Shown here piece after piece: positions 9,313-19,421 of a stretch of DNA of 64,000 nucleotides. Made by a program: the position numbers and the translations under genes. The stretch's first letter is position 1. Each line of letters opens with the position of its first letter. Source of the stretch: an uncultured Clostridia bacterium (GTDB lineage: Bacteria > Bacillota > Dehalobacteriia > UBA4068). The notes under the pieces are model-generated. The model searched no databases, was not told the DNA's origin, and saw only the letters and a program-made list of their open reading frames with translations. Location: assembly GCA_944393575.1 (NCBI GenBank), contig CALYAP010000029.1, forward strand, positions 1,987 through 65,986. The letters are read 5' to 3'.

Positions 9313-9412
9313 CACCGAGTACGATAAACAAGGTAAATGCTCTTCCAACCGTCAATCAGACTTGTCTTCCCCGCGGCAAGACCAAGACTAGCGGTTAACA
9401 ATCAACAACACA

Positions 9413-9439
9413 AGAGGCAGCCTAAATGCTGCCTCTTTG
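9413..9439 (+). terminator. Intrinsic terminator
   Basis: AGAGGCAGC-CTAAAT-GCTGCCTCT then TTG. Confidence 0.6.
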
Positions 9440-9835
9440 ATGTCTGATCGTTTTCCGACAAAAAGCGACAGTCGCCTCTGGGATCTGGAAAAACAAGCTG
9501 ATATTTGTCAGCTGGCCGGAGCTGCCACAGCCCCAAAACAGGTAGCGCTGAGAAAGATAATAATCCGCATTAGCAATCATCTTGCCCCCTGTTTTCTCTC
9601 TGCAGGCCAAACCGACATAAGCCGACAGTACCCTATTCCTCTAGGGTCAAAACGACATCGCCCGACACTGTCTGAGCATTTCCCCTTTTCTCCAGCACTA
9701 ATCCTGCATTCTCTGACACTGTCCGATGATTTCGGAGGATATTCGTTCGCATTCAGCGTTATCCTCTATTATCCGAGCTGCTCCATGGCTAGTCGAGATC
9801 AGCAGCTGTGGCAATATACTTATGCTGTCCCAACA

Positions 9836-9875
9836 AAAAACTCCTGTCATCAGCTACAAGCCCATGACAGGAGTT
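9836..9875 (-). terminator. Terminator of the VUT transporter gene
   Basis: AACTCCTGTCAT...ATGACAGGAGTT with a flanking A-tract on +. Confidence 0.7.
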
Positions 9876-9949
9876 CTCCAAAGTTAAATTACTGTGAAAA
9901 TCCACATACTGTGGAAAAGTTTTATACCCAAACCCGTTTAGCGATAAAG

Positions 9950-10564
9950 CTAGTCATTATCCTCTTTGACCAGGTAAACGCCACCAAAGCTCAGCAGTGA
10001 GACCACATACTTGATAATCAGGTTGGAGAGGAACATCCCTACCAGCACCGAAAAATCATACAAGCCAGTATAAGCGATCAGCAGGAAAACAGCGGTATCG
10101 ATCGGCACCGAGATAGTATTGGAAAGGATAACACGTAGCCATTGCTTGCGGGTACCGTATTTACGCCGCACTGCTGAATAGACCACGGTATCGATCAACT
10201 CGGCGATAGTCATCGCCACCACCGATGCTGCTACCAAGCGCAGCCCCGGGGCCAGCACCAAAGAATATTCAGCCTGGGCACCCACCGTAGGATCTGCCGG
10301 CAGCGCGCCAACCATCCAGACAAAAGCAAAGAGCAGGATATTGATTCCTGCTGCCAGCCAGATGGTGAAACGGGTGATCTGCGCACCAGTCTTCTTATGC
10401 AGCAGGTCGCGCATGGTAAAAGTAAACGGATAAAGCAACGCGCCGCCGTCTACCGAGAGGCCGGCGATATTGAGAATACGCAGCGAACCCAGATTGGAAA
10501 AGATGATCAGGCTGATGTAGCCGGCTGCTGCGGCAATGATTATTTTAAGTCTTTTATTGTCCAT
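9950..10564 (-). CDS. VUT-family (YhhQ-like) queuosine precursor transporter
   Basis: GGALLYPFTFTMRDLL, WLRVILSNTISVPIDTAVF; start at ATG 10564, 6 nt after an extended -10 (TGCTATAAT). Confidence 0.85.
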   Translation of the reverse strand: MDNKRLKIIIAAAAGYISLIIFSNLGSLRILNIAGLSVDGGALLYPFTFTMRDLLHKKTGAQITRFTIWLAAGINILLFAFVWMVGALPADPTVGAQAEYSLVLAPGLRLVAASVVAMTIAELIDTVVYSAVRRKYGTRKQWLRVILSNTISVPIDTAVFLLIAYTGLYDFSVLVGMFLSNLIIKYVVSLLSFGGVYLVKEDND

Positions 10565-10678
10565 GGCGCTATTATAGCACAAGCCTATCCTGATGAAAAG
10601 AATAAAATTTTGTCGCCGGCAAGGAAGCAGGAAAAGCTTTCTTAGGCAGCGAACAGATAGGCGAAAGGGGGTCTGAGC

Positions 10679-11152
10679 ATGCAGGAAAGAATGGAAAAAT
10701 ATCAGCTCAGCAAGGAAGAAATCACTACCGTACTGACAGAGAGCAGCAGCGGAGTACTAGCTACCATCAATAGCGATGGTTCTCCCTATGCCACACCGAT
10801 TCAATTCGTCTATCAGGGTGGACGGCTCTATTTTCATGGCAGGAGTGCCGGGCAGAAGCTGGATAATCTGCGTGCCGACGCCAGAGTCAGCTTCACTGCC
10901 TATCAGGAGCAAGGTCTACAGCGCAGTCCGCAGGGTAAGCCATGCGGCACCAACACCTGCTACCGCAGTGTCATCATCAGCGGAACCGCCCGTGAGCTGA
11001 GCGATCCCGCTGCTAAGACCGCAGCATTGGCAGCTATCGTGGCTAAATACACGCCTGAGCTGGCAGGAGTACCCCTACCTGAAACATCAGTGGCCAAAAC
11101 AGCAGTGATCGAGCTGACCCCAGATGCTATCACCGGCAAATATTACGGCTAG
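10679..11152 (+). CDS. Pyridoxamine 5'-phosphate oxidase-like flavin-binding protein (NimA-like)
   Basis: GVLAT..DGSPYATP..F...GRLYFHG...GQKLDNL; YRSVIISG; ITGK end. Confidence 0.85.
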   Translation: MQERMEKYQLSKEEITTVLTESSSGVLATINSDGSPYATPIQFVYQGGRLYFHGRSAGQKLDNLRADARVSFTAYQEQGLQRSPQGKPCGTNTCYRSVIISGTARELSDPAAKTAALAAIVAKYTPELAGVPLPETSVAKTAVIELTPDAITGKYYG

Positions 11153-11525
11153 GCTGCCCCTTCTATCTGGCGGACAGCCCAACTGCGCTATTGATATCTT
11201 GAGCCAAGCAACAGCATCATTCACAAATATCGAATAGACTGAAGCAGTGGGTCAACCAAGCAAACCGGCAGACTGGATAACCGACTAGCTGATAGCTCGT
11301 GCAGCTGGAAGCCAGCAAAGACTTTGCACTATCACAGCTGCTAGCCCATCAAGCCAAATTTCAGCAGCAGTCATCTCCATTTGGCTAAAGCCAGGCACGA
11401 CTGCCAGCAGCTCTGGCGGCTGCCGGCATTTCTTCTGCGATAGGAGCTCCTTGGCTGCTAGCCGCTTGCTCTGTAAGAGCAGCTGTTGAGAACAGATATA
11501 TTAATCAATCCTTGGCATAACAAAC

Positions 11526-11557
11526 AGCGGGTATGTTTCACGTGAAACATACCCGCT
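11526..11557. promoter_or_regulatory. parS site within a 32-bp perfect palindrome
   Basis: AGCGGGTA-TGTTTCACGTGAAACA-TACCCGCT; core is the exact parS consensus. Confidence 0.95.
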
Positions 11558-11660
11558 AATATTTACCTTCTTATCAACAGCCGGCAGTAGCAGGCGGCAA
11601 TGACCCGCTGCTTACAGCAGCCCAAAAAGCATTATCCAGTAGCTAAGTTACAGCAATTGA

Positions 11661-12539
11661 TCAGCGTTTGCGCTCCGGCAGCAGCTTCTCGATCAGGTTT
11701 TCCAGATCGTCCGCGCTGTGGTAGGAGATCACCAGGCGCCCTTTTTGCAGATCTCCCTGCAAACGTGCTGGCAGCCCCAGGGTGGAGGTAAAACGCTTTT
11801 CCAAATCGTGCAGATGCGCTGGGTGGGCAAGAGGCTTCCGCTGATTTGGACGCTTTTCTTCGCTCCAGCTCTTGGCCAAAGCCTCGGCCTGGCGGACCGA
11901 TAGATTGCGTCGGCAAATCTCCTCAGCCAGACGCGCCTGCAAACGGGAATCGCTCAATGACAGCAATGCCCGGGCATGGCCGGCGCTGAGGCGCCCATCC
12001 TCGACCATCTTCTGATATTGCGGCGCCAGCTGCAACAGGCGAAGGGTATTGGCCACATAGGGACGGCTCTTGCCGAGACGTTCCGCCAACTGCTCCTGAG
12101 TATAACCAAAATTATCGATCAGACGGCGGTAAGCCGCGGCCTCCTCCATGGCGGTCAAATTCTCGCGCTGGATATTCTCGATCAGCGAAACCTCAGCCTG
12201 TTCAGACTCATTATAAGTAGAGATAATGCAGGGCAGCTCGGCTAAAGCTGCCATCTGGGCGGCGCGGAAACGCCGCTCGCCAACGATGATGCGGTAACTG
12301 CCATCACCAAGGCTGGTCACCAGCAATGGCTGCATCACGCCAAATTGGCGGATCGACTCGGCCAGCTCAGACAGCTTATCCTCATCAAAAATCTGGCGCG
12401 GTTGATCAGGGTCGGCCTGCAATTTGCCGATCGGGAGCATCACTATTTTTTGCTGAGGGCTGGTTTCCTCAAAAATCGGCTTATCCGGCATCAGTGCCGA
12501 AAGACCACGTCCGAGAGCCTGTTTTTTCGCCTTTACCAT
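11661..12539 (-). CDS. parB: Chromosome partitioning protein ParB/Spo0J
   Basis: ALGRGLSAL N-terminus, QPR..F, IIVGERRFRAA, IENIQRENL, GKSRPYVANTLRLL, LSAGHARALL. Confidence 0.97.
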   Translation of the reverse strand: MVKAKKQALGRGLSALMPDKPIFEETSPQQKIVMLPIGKLQADPDQPRQIFDEDKLSELAESIRQFGVMQPLLVTSLGDGSYRIIVGERRFRAAQMAALAELPCIISTYNESEQAEVSLIENIQRENLTAMEEAAAYRRLIDNFGYTQEQLAERLGKSRPYVANTLRLLQLAPQYQKMVEDGRLSAGHARALLSLSDSRLQARLAEEICRRNLSVRQAEALAKSWSEEKRPNQRKPLAHPAHLHDLEKRFTSTLGLPARLQGDLQKGRLVISYHSADDLENLIEKLLPERKR

Positions 12540-12592
12540 AGAGACCTCCTTAAATTCAGCAGCCGGGCTGCTGGTATTTGCTCGCTATCCCG

Positions 12593-13357
12593 CTACTCCT
12601 GGCGGGTAAGAAATTCATCAGCCAGAGCCTGGTATTCCACTGCGCCGCGCGATTTCGGATCATAGATAATGCCGGGTAATCCGTGGCTGGGAGCCTCGGA
12701 CAAGCGCACCGAGCGGGAAATCTGCGTATCATAGACTTTGCGCCCAAAATAATTACGCGCCTCATCAGCAACCTGCGAAGAAAGATTGGTGCGGGCGTCA
12801 AACATGGTCAGCAGCACCCCTTCGATCTCCAGATCCGGATTGAGGTTTTTGCGGATCATCTCATAAGTATTGAGCAGCTGAGTTACCCCCTCCAGCGCAT
12901 AGTACTCGCATTGTAGGGGCAGCAACGCCCGGTCTGCAGCGGAGAGGGCATTGATAGTCAGCAGGCCCAAGGAAGGCGGACAGTCGATGAAAATATAATC
13001 ATAGCGCTCCTTTTGTGGGCGAAGTATCTGCCGCAAACGGTTTTCCCGCGAGATCGCCGAAACCAGTTCGACTTCTGCGCCAGCCAGCTGAATGGTAGCA
13101 GGGATCAGGTCTAGCTGCTGATAATCAGTATGGAGCAGCACTGCTTCCAGCGGAGCATCATTGATCAGCAGATCATAAACACAATGCTCGATCTGCCGGC
13201 GGTCAATACCCAATCCACTGGTGGCATTGCCCTGTGGGTCCAGATCCACCAGCAGGGTATGATGACCGCGCTGCGCTATGGCGGCAGAAAGATTGATGGC
13301 AGTGGTGGTCTTGGCCACACCGCCTTTTTGGTTGACGATAGCGATGATTTTTCCCAT
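12593..13357 (-). CDS. parA: Chromosome partitioning ATPase ParA/Soj
   Basis: NQKGGVAKTTT, DLDPQGNAT, IDCPPSLG, LQCEYYALEG. Confidence 0.97.
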   Translation of the reverse strand: MGKIIAIVNQKGGVAKTTTAINLSAAIAQRGHHTLLVDLDPQGNATSGLGIDRRQIEHCVYDLLINDAPLEAVLLHTDYQQLDLIPATIQLAGAEVELVSAISRENRLRQILRPQKERYDYIFIDCPPSLGLLTINALSAADRALLPLQCEYYALEGVTQLLNTYEMIRKNLNPDLEIEGVLLTMFDARTNLSSQVADEARNYFGRKVYDTQISRSVRLSEAPSHGLPGIIYDPKSRGAVEYQALADEFLTRQE

Positions 13358-13780
13358 GAAGCTCCTCCTGATCGTTTCGCTTTTAGTTGTGGCGCACTGA
13401 GCAGCCTGCGCTAAACTCTTGGCCCTATCAGCCTTCCCCTATATCATACTCCACTATCGGCATTGATGCAAGTAGGCCTACTTTCATCTATCAGAACCGC
13501 GGCGATCTTTTTATTCTCAACAGCAGGGCGGTCTCTGACATCATGCAGGCAGATAGCCTTCTGTGCAATTTCCACCGACAAAAGGAGGGGCCGTCAGCCA
13601 TTAGCTGACACATCATGCCGCGGCGGCAGAATGCCTGCCAGCTATGGAGACATTGGCAGCAGTCCCCTGCTAAGATAAAAAAGCGCGGGGTACTCCCGCA
13701 CCGACGACGAGCTTCACCCGCCTGAGCAGATTTTTCCTCAAAAGAGCAAGACAAGCAAACGGAAAAAAATAAACTACCGT

Positions 13781-13796
13781 TGTTTCACGTGAAACG
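13781..13796. promoter_or_regulatory. parS site
   Basis: TGTTTCACGTGAAACG (1 mismatch to consensus). Confidence 0.88.
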
Positions 13797-13849
13797 TTTC
13801 CCAACAGCAAACAGGAATGTTAGCAAAAGCACCCCATCTCGACCATCTC

Positions 13850-13865
13850 TGTTTCACGTGAAACT
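13850..13865. promoter_or_regulatory. parS site
   Basis: TGTTTCACGTGAAACT (1 mismatch to consensus). Confidence 0.88.
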
Positions 13866-13995
13866 ATTATCTCGATGCAGAACTGCCAAAAGATGCTCTG
13901 AGCAGAGACCATAAATATCACGGGCATACATCTAACCCGTCGCTACATGCCTCAGCCGTCGCATAACGGCAAGAGCCCTGTCAAACATCCAGCAG

Positions 13996-14739
13996 CTACA
14001 GGGGACGCTTGGTCGGCATACCGGGACGGCGGGGGTATTTCTCAGGGGTAGGCGCGTTCTTGCGCACCAAGACCACACTGCGCCCTTCACCGGAAAGCGG
14101 CAGCTGATAGTAAACGACCTGCTCCATGCTGCCGCCCAATAGCTCTACAGCATGCGCGCTGGCAGTCAGCTCCTCCTGCGGATCCGGCCCTTTTAGAGCT
14201 ATGAACAGCCCGCCTTCTCGCAACAAAGGCAGGGCGTACTCCGCCAGTACCGCCAAGTCAGCCACTGCGCGGGCTGTCACCAAATGGAAGCTGCCGCGCA
14301 AAGCAGGGTCGCGTCCAGCCTCTTCTGCCCGTAGCGGCAAAGCCTGCAGCCGTTCCAAACCCATCTCTGCTGCGCTGCGTTCCAGGAAGGCCGTTTTTTT
14401 CTGCGAGGATTCGATCAGCGTGAAAGAAAGCTCTGGATATGCCGCAGCCCAAACCAGCCCGGGGAAACCGCCGCCGCTGCCGATATCAGCCACCTGCCCT
14501 GACTGAGGCAGCCAAGAGCGTACCGCTGCCGCTGCCTGCAGACAATCCAGATAATGCTTCTGCGCTGCGGTCTCAGGATCAGTGATGGCGGTAAGATTGA
14601 ATTGGCGGTTAGCTTCGGTTAAAAGCTGCCAATGCAGCGCCAGCTTTTCCGCCAGCCCTGGCTTTAATGGCAACCCTGCCTCCTGCGCCAGTTTTTCGAT
14701 CAGCTGCTGCAATGTTGCTTCCTCCCTTTCTTGCATCAT
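13996..14739 (-). CDS. rsmG: 16S rRNA m7G527 methyltransferase
   Basis: NLTAI, DIGSGGGFPG, TARAVA, KYPRRPGMP. Confidence 0.96.
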   Translation of the reverse strand: MMQEREEATLQQLIEKLAQEAGLPLKPGLAEKLALHWQLLTEANRQFNLTAITDPETAAQKHYLDCLQAAAAVRSWLPQSGQVADIGSGGGFPGLVWAAAYPELSFTLIESSQKKTAFLERSAAEMGLERLQALPLRAEEAGRDPALRGSFHLVTARAVADLAVLAEYALPLLREGGLFIALKGPDPQEELTASAHAVELLGGSMEQVVYYQLPLSGEGRSVVLVRKNAPTPEKYPRRPGMPTKRPL

Positions 14740-15654
14740 TTTTCTATCCTGATGGCTTCTGCTGTTTCCTGCTCTTTTATCTTCTTTTGTCTTTGATAGC
14801 AGATACTTTCTCTTTACCCATTTTTATGCCAATAATCAGGATTTGGCGTTAATTTTTTCATTTTATGGCAATAAAGCACCTTTTCAGCTAATTTACGCTA
14901 GTAATCACTAAAAAACAAGTTTATCCGTAGTTTTTCTGCTGTTTTCTCTAATAAACATGATTATCCGCTATTTTAAAATAATAGGTAACAAAAAGCGTGA
15001 TTTTAGCAAATTCTCTGCTACTAAACAACAATGACCGAGATTCTCAGTGCCATTACGGCATTATCCGTCTGCCTATATTCTTTTTCGACCCTCTCCGCGA
15101 TTCAACGATAATAACCGTTCTTTTAGCCTGTTTTCCGTTGCTGACCGACAGCAACCGCTTTTTATCGCCCCGTTTCATTTCCAACCGCGAAGCTGCGAAA
15201 AATTCAGCCAAAAATCGCCCCCAAACGCTATTTTGCATAGCTAAGCGGCTTTTTCCGTCAATAACCGTCTTCTGCTGTCAATCAGTGTCATTTTCCGTGA
15301 AGATACGAGCCATTCCCGCAACAAACCGTCAATATTCCGCTTTAACTGAGCTGCTCCGCGCCTTTCCGCGCAGTCACGAGCTTAAACAAGCATCGCCGAC
15401 ACTGTCCGCTACTAGGAGACAGCTTCCGTCAACAACCGCACTGCCTTGCAAAGAAAAAGCAGCATAGCATACCGCCCGCCAACCGGCAAGAGCCGAGTTT
15501 TTACGCCGGTCTCCGGGGCATTCCGCTCTTATGCGACATTATCTGTGCGGTTCCGTCATCAAGCTATCAAGCAGCTTGTACGAGCTGTTTCGACTGTCAT
15601 CGGCAATATGCCGACCTTTTCCGGCATTGAACGTATCCATTCCGCGCTCTTGCG

Positions 15655-17532
15655 TCAATGTCCGCGGCTGCGCAGATAGACCAGCAGCACATTGATATCA
15701 GCCGGAGAGACGCCGCTGATCCGGGCAGCCTGTCCTACTGACTGCGGCTGCCGCTTATTGAGCTTCTGGGCTGATTCTACCGACAATCCGCGAATCTGCA
15801 AATAATCAGTCCCCTCCGGCAGGCGTTTGTTTTCCAGGTTGCGAAAACGCTCTACTTGTTCTTCTTGTTTTTTGATATATCCGGCATATTTGAGGCTGAT
15901 ATCCACCTGTTCGGCAGCCTGTGACTCTAGCGGCTCAGCCGGGGGAAAAGCCTGGCTGACCTGTGCATAATCTAGCTCCGGACGCTGCATCAGCGTGGCC
16001 AGATCGCTGCCGGGAATCGCCTCGATACCAGCGGCGGCAAATTGCTCCTGAGTGGGTTTATAGTTGCGCAAACGCTCTATTTCTGCTTCCACCGCCGCTT
16101 TTTTGGCCAAGAAGCGCTCTGCCCGCTGAGGCGAGATCAGTCCGTATTGCAGCCCTTTTTCTGTCAAACGCAGATCGGCATTATCCTGCCGCAGCAGCAG
16201 CCGGTATTCCGAGCGCGAGGTGAACAGGCGGTAAGGCTCGTCCACTCCCTTGGTTACCAGGTCATCAGCGAGCACACCGATATAAGCGTCAGCGCGCGAA
16301 AGGATAAAAGGCGGCAGGCCCTTCAAAGAAGCAGCAGCATTGATCGCAGCCAGCAGTCCCTGGCCGGCAGCCTCCTCATAACCGCTGGTACCATTGATCT
16401 GGCCAGCGCAATAAAGTCCGTGGATAGCCTTGGTCTCGAGAGTAATTTTGAGCTCCGTGGGGTCGATGCAGTCATATTCGATAGCATAGGCCGGACGGAT
16501 AATGCGGCAGTGCTCCAGGCCGGGAATAGTGTGATAAAAAGCAGCCTGCACCTCTTCCGGTAGTGAGGAGCTCATGCCCTGGACATAATACTCATTGCAC
16601 TGCTCTCCCTCTGGCTCCAGAAACAACTGATGGCTATCGCGCTCGGAAAAGCGCACCACCTTATCCTCAATGCTGGGACAGTAGCGCGGACCAATACCCT
16701 TGATCCGTCCGGAGTAGAGCGGCGCCCGGTGCAGATTAGCGCGGATGATCTCATGGGTCTGCTCATTGGTATGCGAAAGCCAGCAGGGGATCGAGGGGCG
16801 TTGATATTGTCCCGGCTCTGTGAGGAAGGAAAAAGCCAGCCCCTGATCGCCATCTTGGCGCACGGTTTTACTAAAATCAATCGTCCGGGCATCGAGTCGC
16901 GCCGGAGTGCCGGTCTTGAAACGGGCCATCGGCAAGCCCAGGTCACGCAGGTATTCTCCCAGCGCGCAGGAGGGGGGATAACCGGTAGGGCCGGAGCTTT
17001 TTTCATATTCGCCAATGATGATCTTGCCGTTAAGATAGGTTCCGGTACAGATGATCACCCGCGGCGCCAGGAAAACTGCTCCCGAAGAGGTAGCACAGCC
17101 AATGACGCGGTCTCCCTCCAGCAGCAGCGCAGAGGCTTCAGCCTGGCGGATATCCAATCCCGGAGTGGTCTCCATCCGCCGGCGCATCGTCCGCTGATAG
17201 AGCGATTTATCGATCTGCGCACGCAGCGCCCGCACTGCCGGCCCGCGAGAAATATTGAGCATTCTGATCTGGATCAGGCTCTGATCAGTGACCTCAGCCA
17301 TTGCCCCGCCCAGGGCGTCGATCTCCCGCACCACCACGCTTTTTGCCGGTCCGCCGATCGCCGGGTTGCAGGGAGCCATGGCGATCGATTCCGGGTTCAT
17401 GGTGATCAGCACAGTCGCCATACCCATCCGCGCGGCTGCTAAAGCCGCCTCACAGCCGGCATGACCGCCACCAATCACCGCTACCTGGTATTCTCCAGCA
17501 ATATATTGATTACTTCCCAGCTTGATATCCAT
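15655..17532 (-). CDS. mnmG: tRNA uridine-34 carboxymethylaminomethyl modification enzyme
   Basis: [44 protein letters not shown]. Confidence 0.98.
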   Translation of the reverse strand: MDIKLGSNQYIAGEYQVAVIGGGHAGCEAALAAARMGMATVLITMNPESIAMAPCNPAIGGPAKSVVVREIDALGGAMAEVTDQSLIQIRMLNISRGPAVRALRAQIDKSLYQRTMRRRMETTPGLDIRQAEASALLLEGDRVIGCATSSGAVFLAPRVIICTGTYLNGKIIIGEYEKSSGPTGYPPSCALGEYLRDLGLPMARFKTGTPARLDARTIDFSKTVRQDGDQGLAFSFLTEPGQYQRPSIPCWLSHTNEQTHEIIRANLHRAPLYSGRIKGIGPRYCPSIEDKVVRFSERDSHQLFLEPEGEQCNEYYVQGMSSSLPEEVQAAFYHTIPGLEHCRIIRPAYAIEYDCIDPTELKITLETKAIHGLYCAGQINGTSGYEEAAGQGLLAAINAAASLKGLPPFILSRADAYIGVLADDLVTKGVDEPYRLFTSRSEYRLLLRQDNADLRLTEKGLQYGLISPQRAERFLAKKAAVEAEIERLRNYKPTQEQFAAAGIEAIPGSDLATLMQRPELDYAQVSQAFPPAEPLESQAAEQVDISLKYAGYIKKQEEQVERFRNLENKRLPEGTDYLQIRGLSVESAQKLNKRQPQSVGQAARISGVSPADINVLLVYLRSRGH

Positions 17533-17562
17533 TTGCTTCTCCGTTTACCCCTAAATGACTGC

Positions 17563-18948
17563 CTATTTGCCGAGGCAGAAGCGGCTGAAAATCTCCTTTA
17601 GCACCTCATCAGAAACGCTATTGCCGGTGATCTTACCCAGAGCAGAGCAAGCGTTCTCGATATCGATACCAGCCATATCACAAGGGAGATCCTCGTCCAA
17701 AGCAGCAATGGCTGCTTCCAGATGCTGCTGCGCCTCGCGCAGCGCCTCGATATGGCGCAGATTATTGACCAGCGGCGAAACAGCCACCGCATCCAGCTCA
17801 TCACCGCACTGCTGACGGATCGCATCACGCAGCTCATCCATGCCCTGGCCAGTCTTAGCGCTGATAACAATAGAGGGCACGCCGCCGGCTGCTGCTAAAT
17901 GGGCATTAATCCGGTCCTGAGAGGCGATGTCCGCTTTATTAAATACCGCCAGCCGCCGCCGTCCCTTGGTCTCGGTAATCAGTTTGCGCTCGCTGCCGGA
18001 TAAGGGCAGGCTGGCGTCAATGACCAGCAAAAGCAGCTGAGCCTGTTCCAAGGCGATATAAGAACGCTTGATCCCGATCTTTTCCACCTCATCGGCCTCT
18101 TCTTCCGGACGCAAGCCGGCAGTATCGCAGAGGATGATGGGAATACCGCCGATATTGAGCGGCTCCTCCAGCAGGTCGCGGGTAGTGCCGGGGACACTGG
18201 TGACAATCGCCCGGTCACGCTGCAGCAGCGCATTCATCAGCTTGGATTTACCAGCATTGACAGAGCCCAGCAGGGCGGTACGCACGCCTTCGCGGCAGGA
18301 GAGACCTAGCTCTGCTCCATGTAACAGCTCATCGATGCGCAGCCGCTGCTGATCCAGCAGCTGGATCAGCTCACCATTGCTAGGCGCATCGGCATCTTCG
18401 GGGAAATCAACCGCTACAGTGATCAGCGAAAGAACATGGAGCAACCCCTCTTCGATACTCAACACCTGCTTAGAGAGCACCCCAGCCAACTGTCGTGCCG
18501 CCAGGGAAGCAGCACGGGGAGTTTTGGCCTCGATCAGGTCGCAGACAGCCTCCGCCTGAGCCAGGTCGATCCGCCCGTTCAAAAAAGCGCGGAGGGTAAA
18601 TTCTCCCGGTGTGGCCAGCCGCGCTCCCTCGCGCAGAGTCAGATCAAGCACCGCGTGCATCACCTGCGGTCCGCCATGACATTGCAGTTCTACCACATCT
18701 TCGGTAGTAAAAGAGTGAGGCGCCGGCATGAAGACAGCCATAGCCTGATCCAGAGCAACCTGATGTTCATGGTCGTAGACCTCGCCATAGGCAAGCCTTC
18801 TGGGCTCCATGGCTTCGGCCCCGCCCCGGGGAATAAAAACCCGCTCCAGGATCTGGTGAGCCGCTGGCCCACTAATCCTCACTATGCCAATGCCGCCCCG
18901 TCCCATCGGAGTAGCTATCGCCGCAATAGTATCCTTGCTGGCCTCCAT
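17563..18948 (-). CDS. mnmE: tRNA modification GTPase
   Basis: DTIAAIAT, GEFTLRAFLNG, GSVNAGKS, GTTRD, DTAG, NKAD, FCLGK C-terminus. Confidence 0.98.
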   Translation of the reverse strand: MEASKDTIAAIATPMGRGGIGIVRISGPAAHQILERVFIPRGGAEAMEPRRLAYGEVYDHEHQVALDQAMAVFMPAPHSFTTEDVVELQCHGGPQVMHAVLDLTLREGARLATPGEFTLRAFLNGRIDLAQAEAVCDLIEAKTPRAASLAARQLAGVLSKQVLSIEEGLLHVLSLITVAVDFPEDADAPSNGELIQLLDQQRLRIDELLHGAELGLSCREGVRTALLGSVNAGKSKLMNALLQRDRAIVTSVPGTTRDLLEEPLNIGGIPIILCDTAGLRPEEEADEVEKIGIKRSYIALEQAQLLLLVIDASLPLSGSERKLITETKGRRRLAVFNKADIASQDRINAHLAAAGGVPSIVISAKTGQGMDELRDAIRQQCGDELDAVAVSPLVNNLRHIEALREAQQHLEAAIAALDEDLPCDMAGIDIENACSALGKITGNSVSDEVLKEIFSRFCLGK

Positions 18949-19260
18949 CTTGATCCCTCCTTAGGTTTTCTTCATATGTAAAAATAAATATCAGTGCTGA
19001 AGCTGCGTATTCCAGCATCCCTTGCCGCCAGCTGCTACAGGTAAACCTCTACTGGTTATTCTTCAGCAACGGCAATACTCCCCCATAACCGATGTCAGTC
19101 TTTTCCTCCTGATAGGGATTAGACCCATACCCGACAGAGCTATCGACAGACAGCTGCATTCACCATATCGGGAGGCATTAGGCAGACTATTGCTGCCTTT
19201 GCCTGGTATACCGTCATACTTTGGTGATTTTGTCGGCAAGCATCTGCCATTTAGCGACAA

Positions 19261-19288
19261 AGAAAGGGCGGCCCCGGTGAGCCGCCCC
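19261..19288 (-). terminator. Possible terminator after jag
   Basis: GGGCGGC-CCCGGTGA-GCCGCCC with a flanking A-rich tract. Confidence 0.5.
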
Positions 19289-19421
19289 ATCGGCGTCTAG
19301 CATTACTCTTATATTAGCTAAGCGAAACGCTTGTAGCATTCAAAGACCAAACCGGCTCAACTGCAATGAGCAAATAGTCAAGCCGCAGTTAGCCAACCGG
19401 CCGCTAATTAGCAACCAAAGC

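Noticed and set aside
9437-10000. 187-aa + strand ORF, and the 156-aa ORF at 14997
   Set aside because: Atypical composition, no RBS, crossing terminator or repeat-like DNA; probably non-coding
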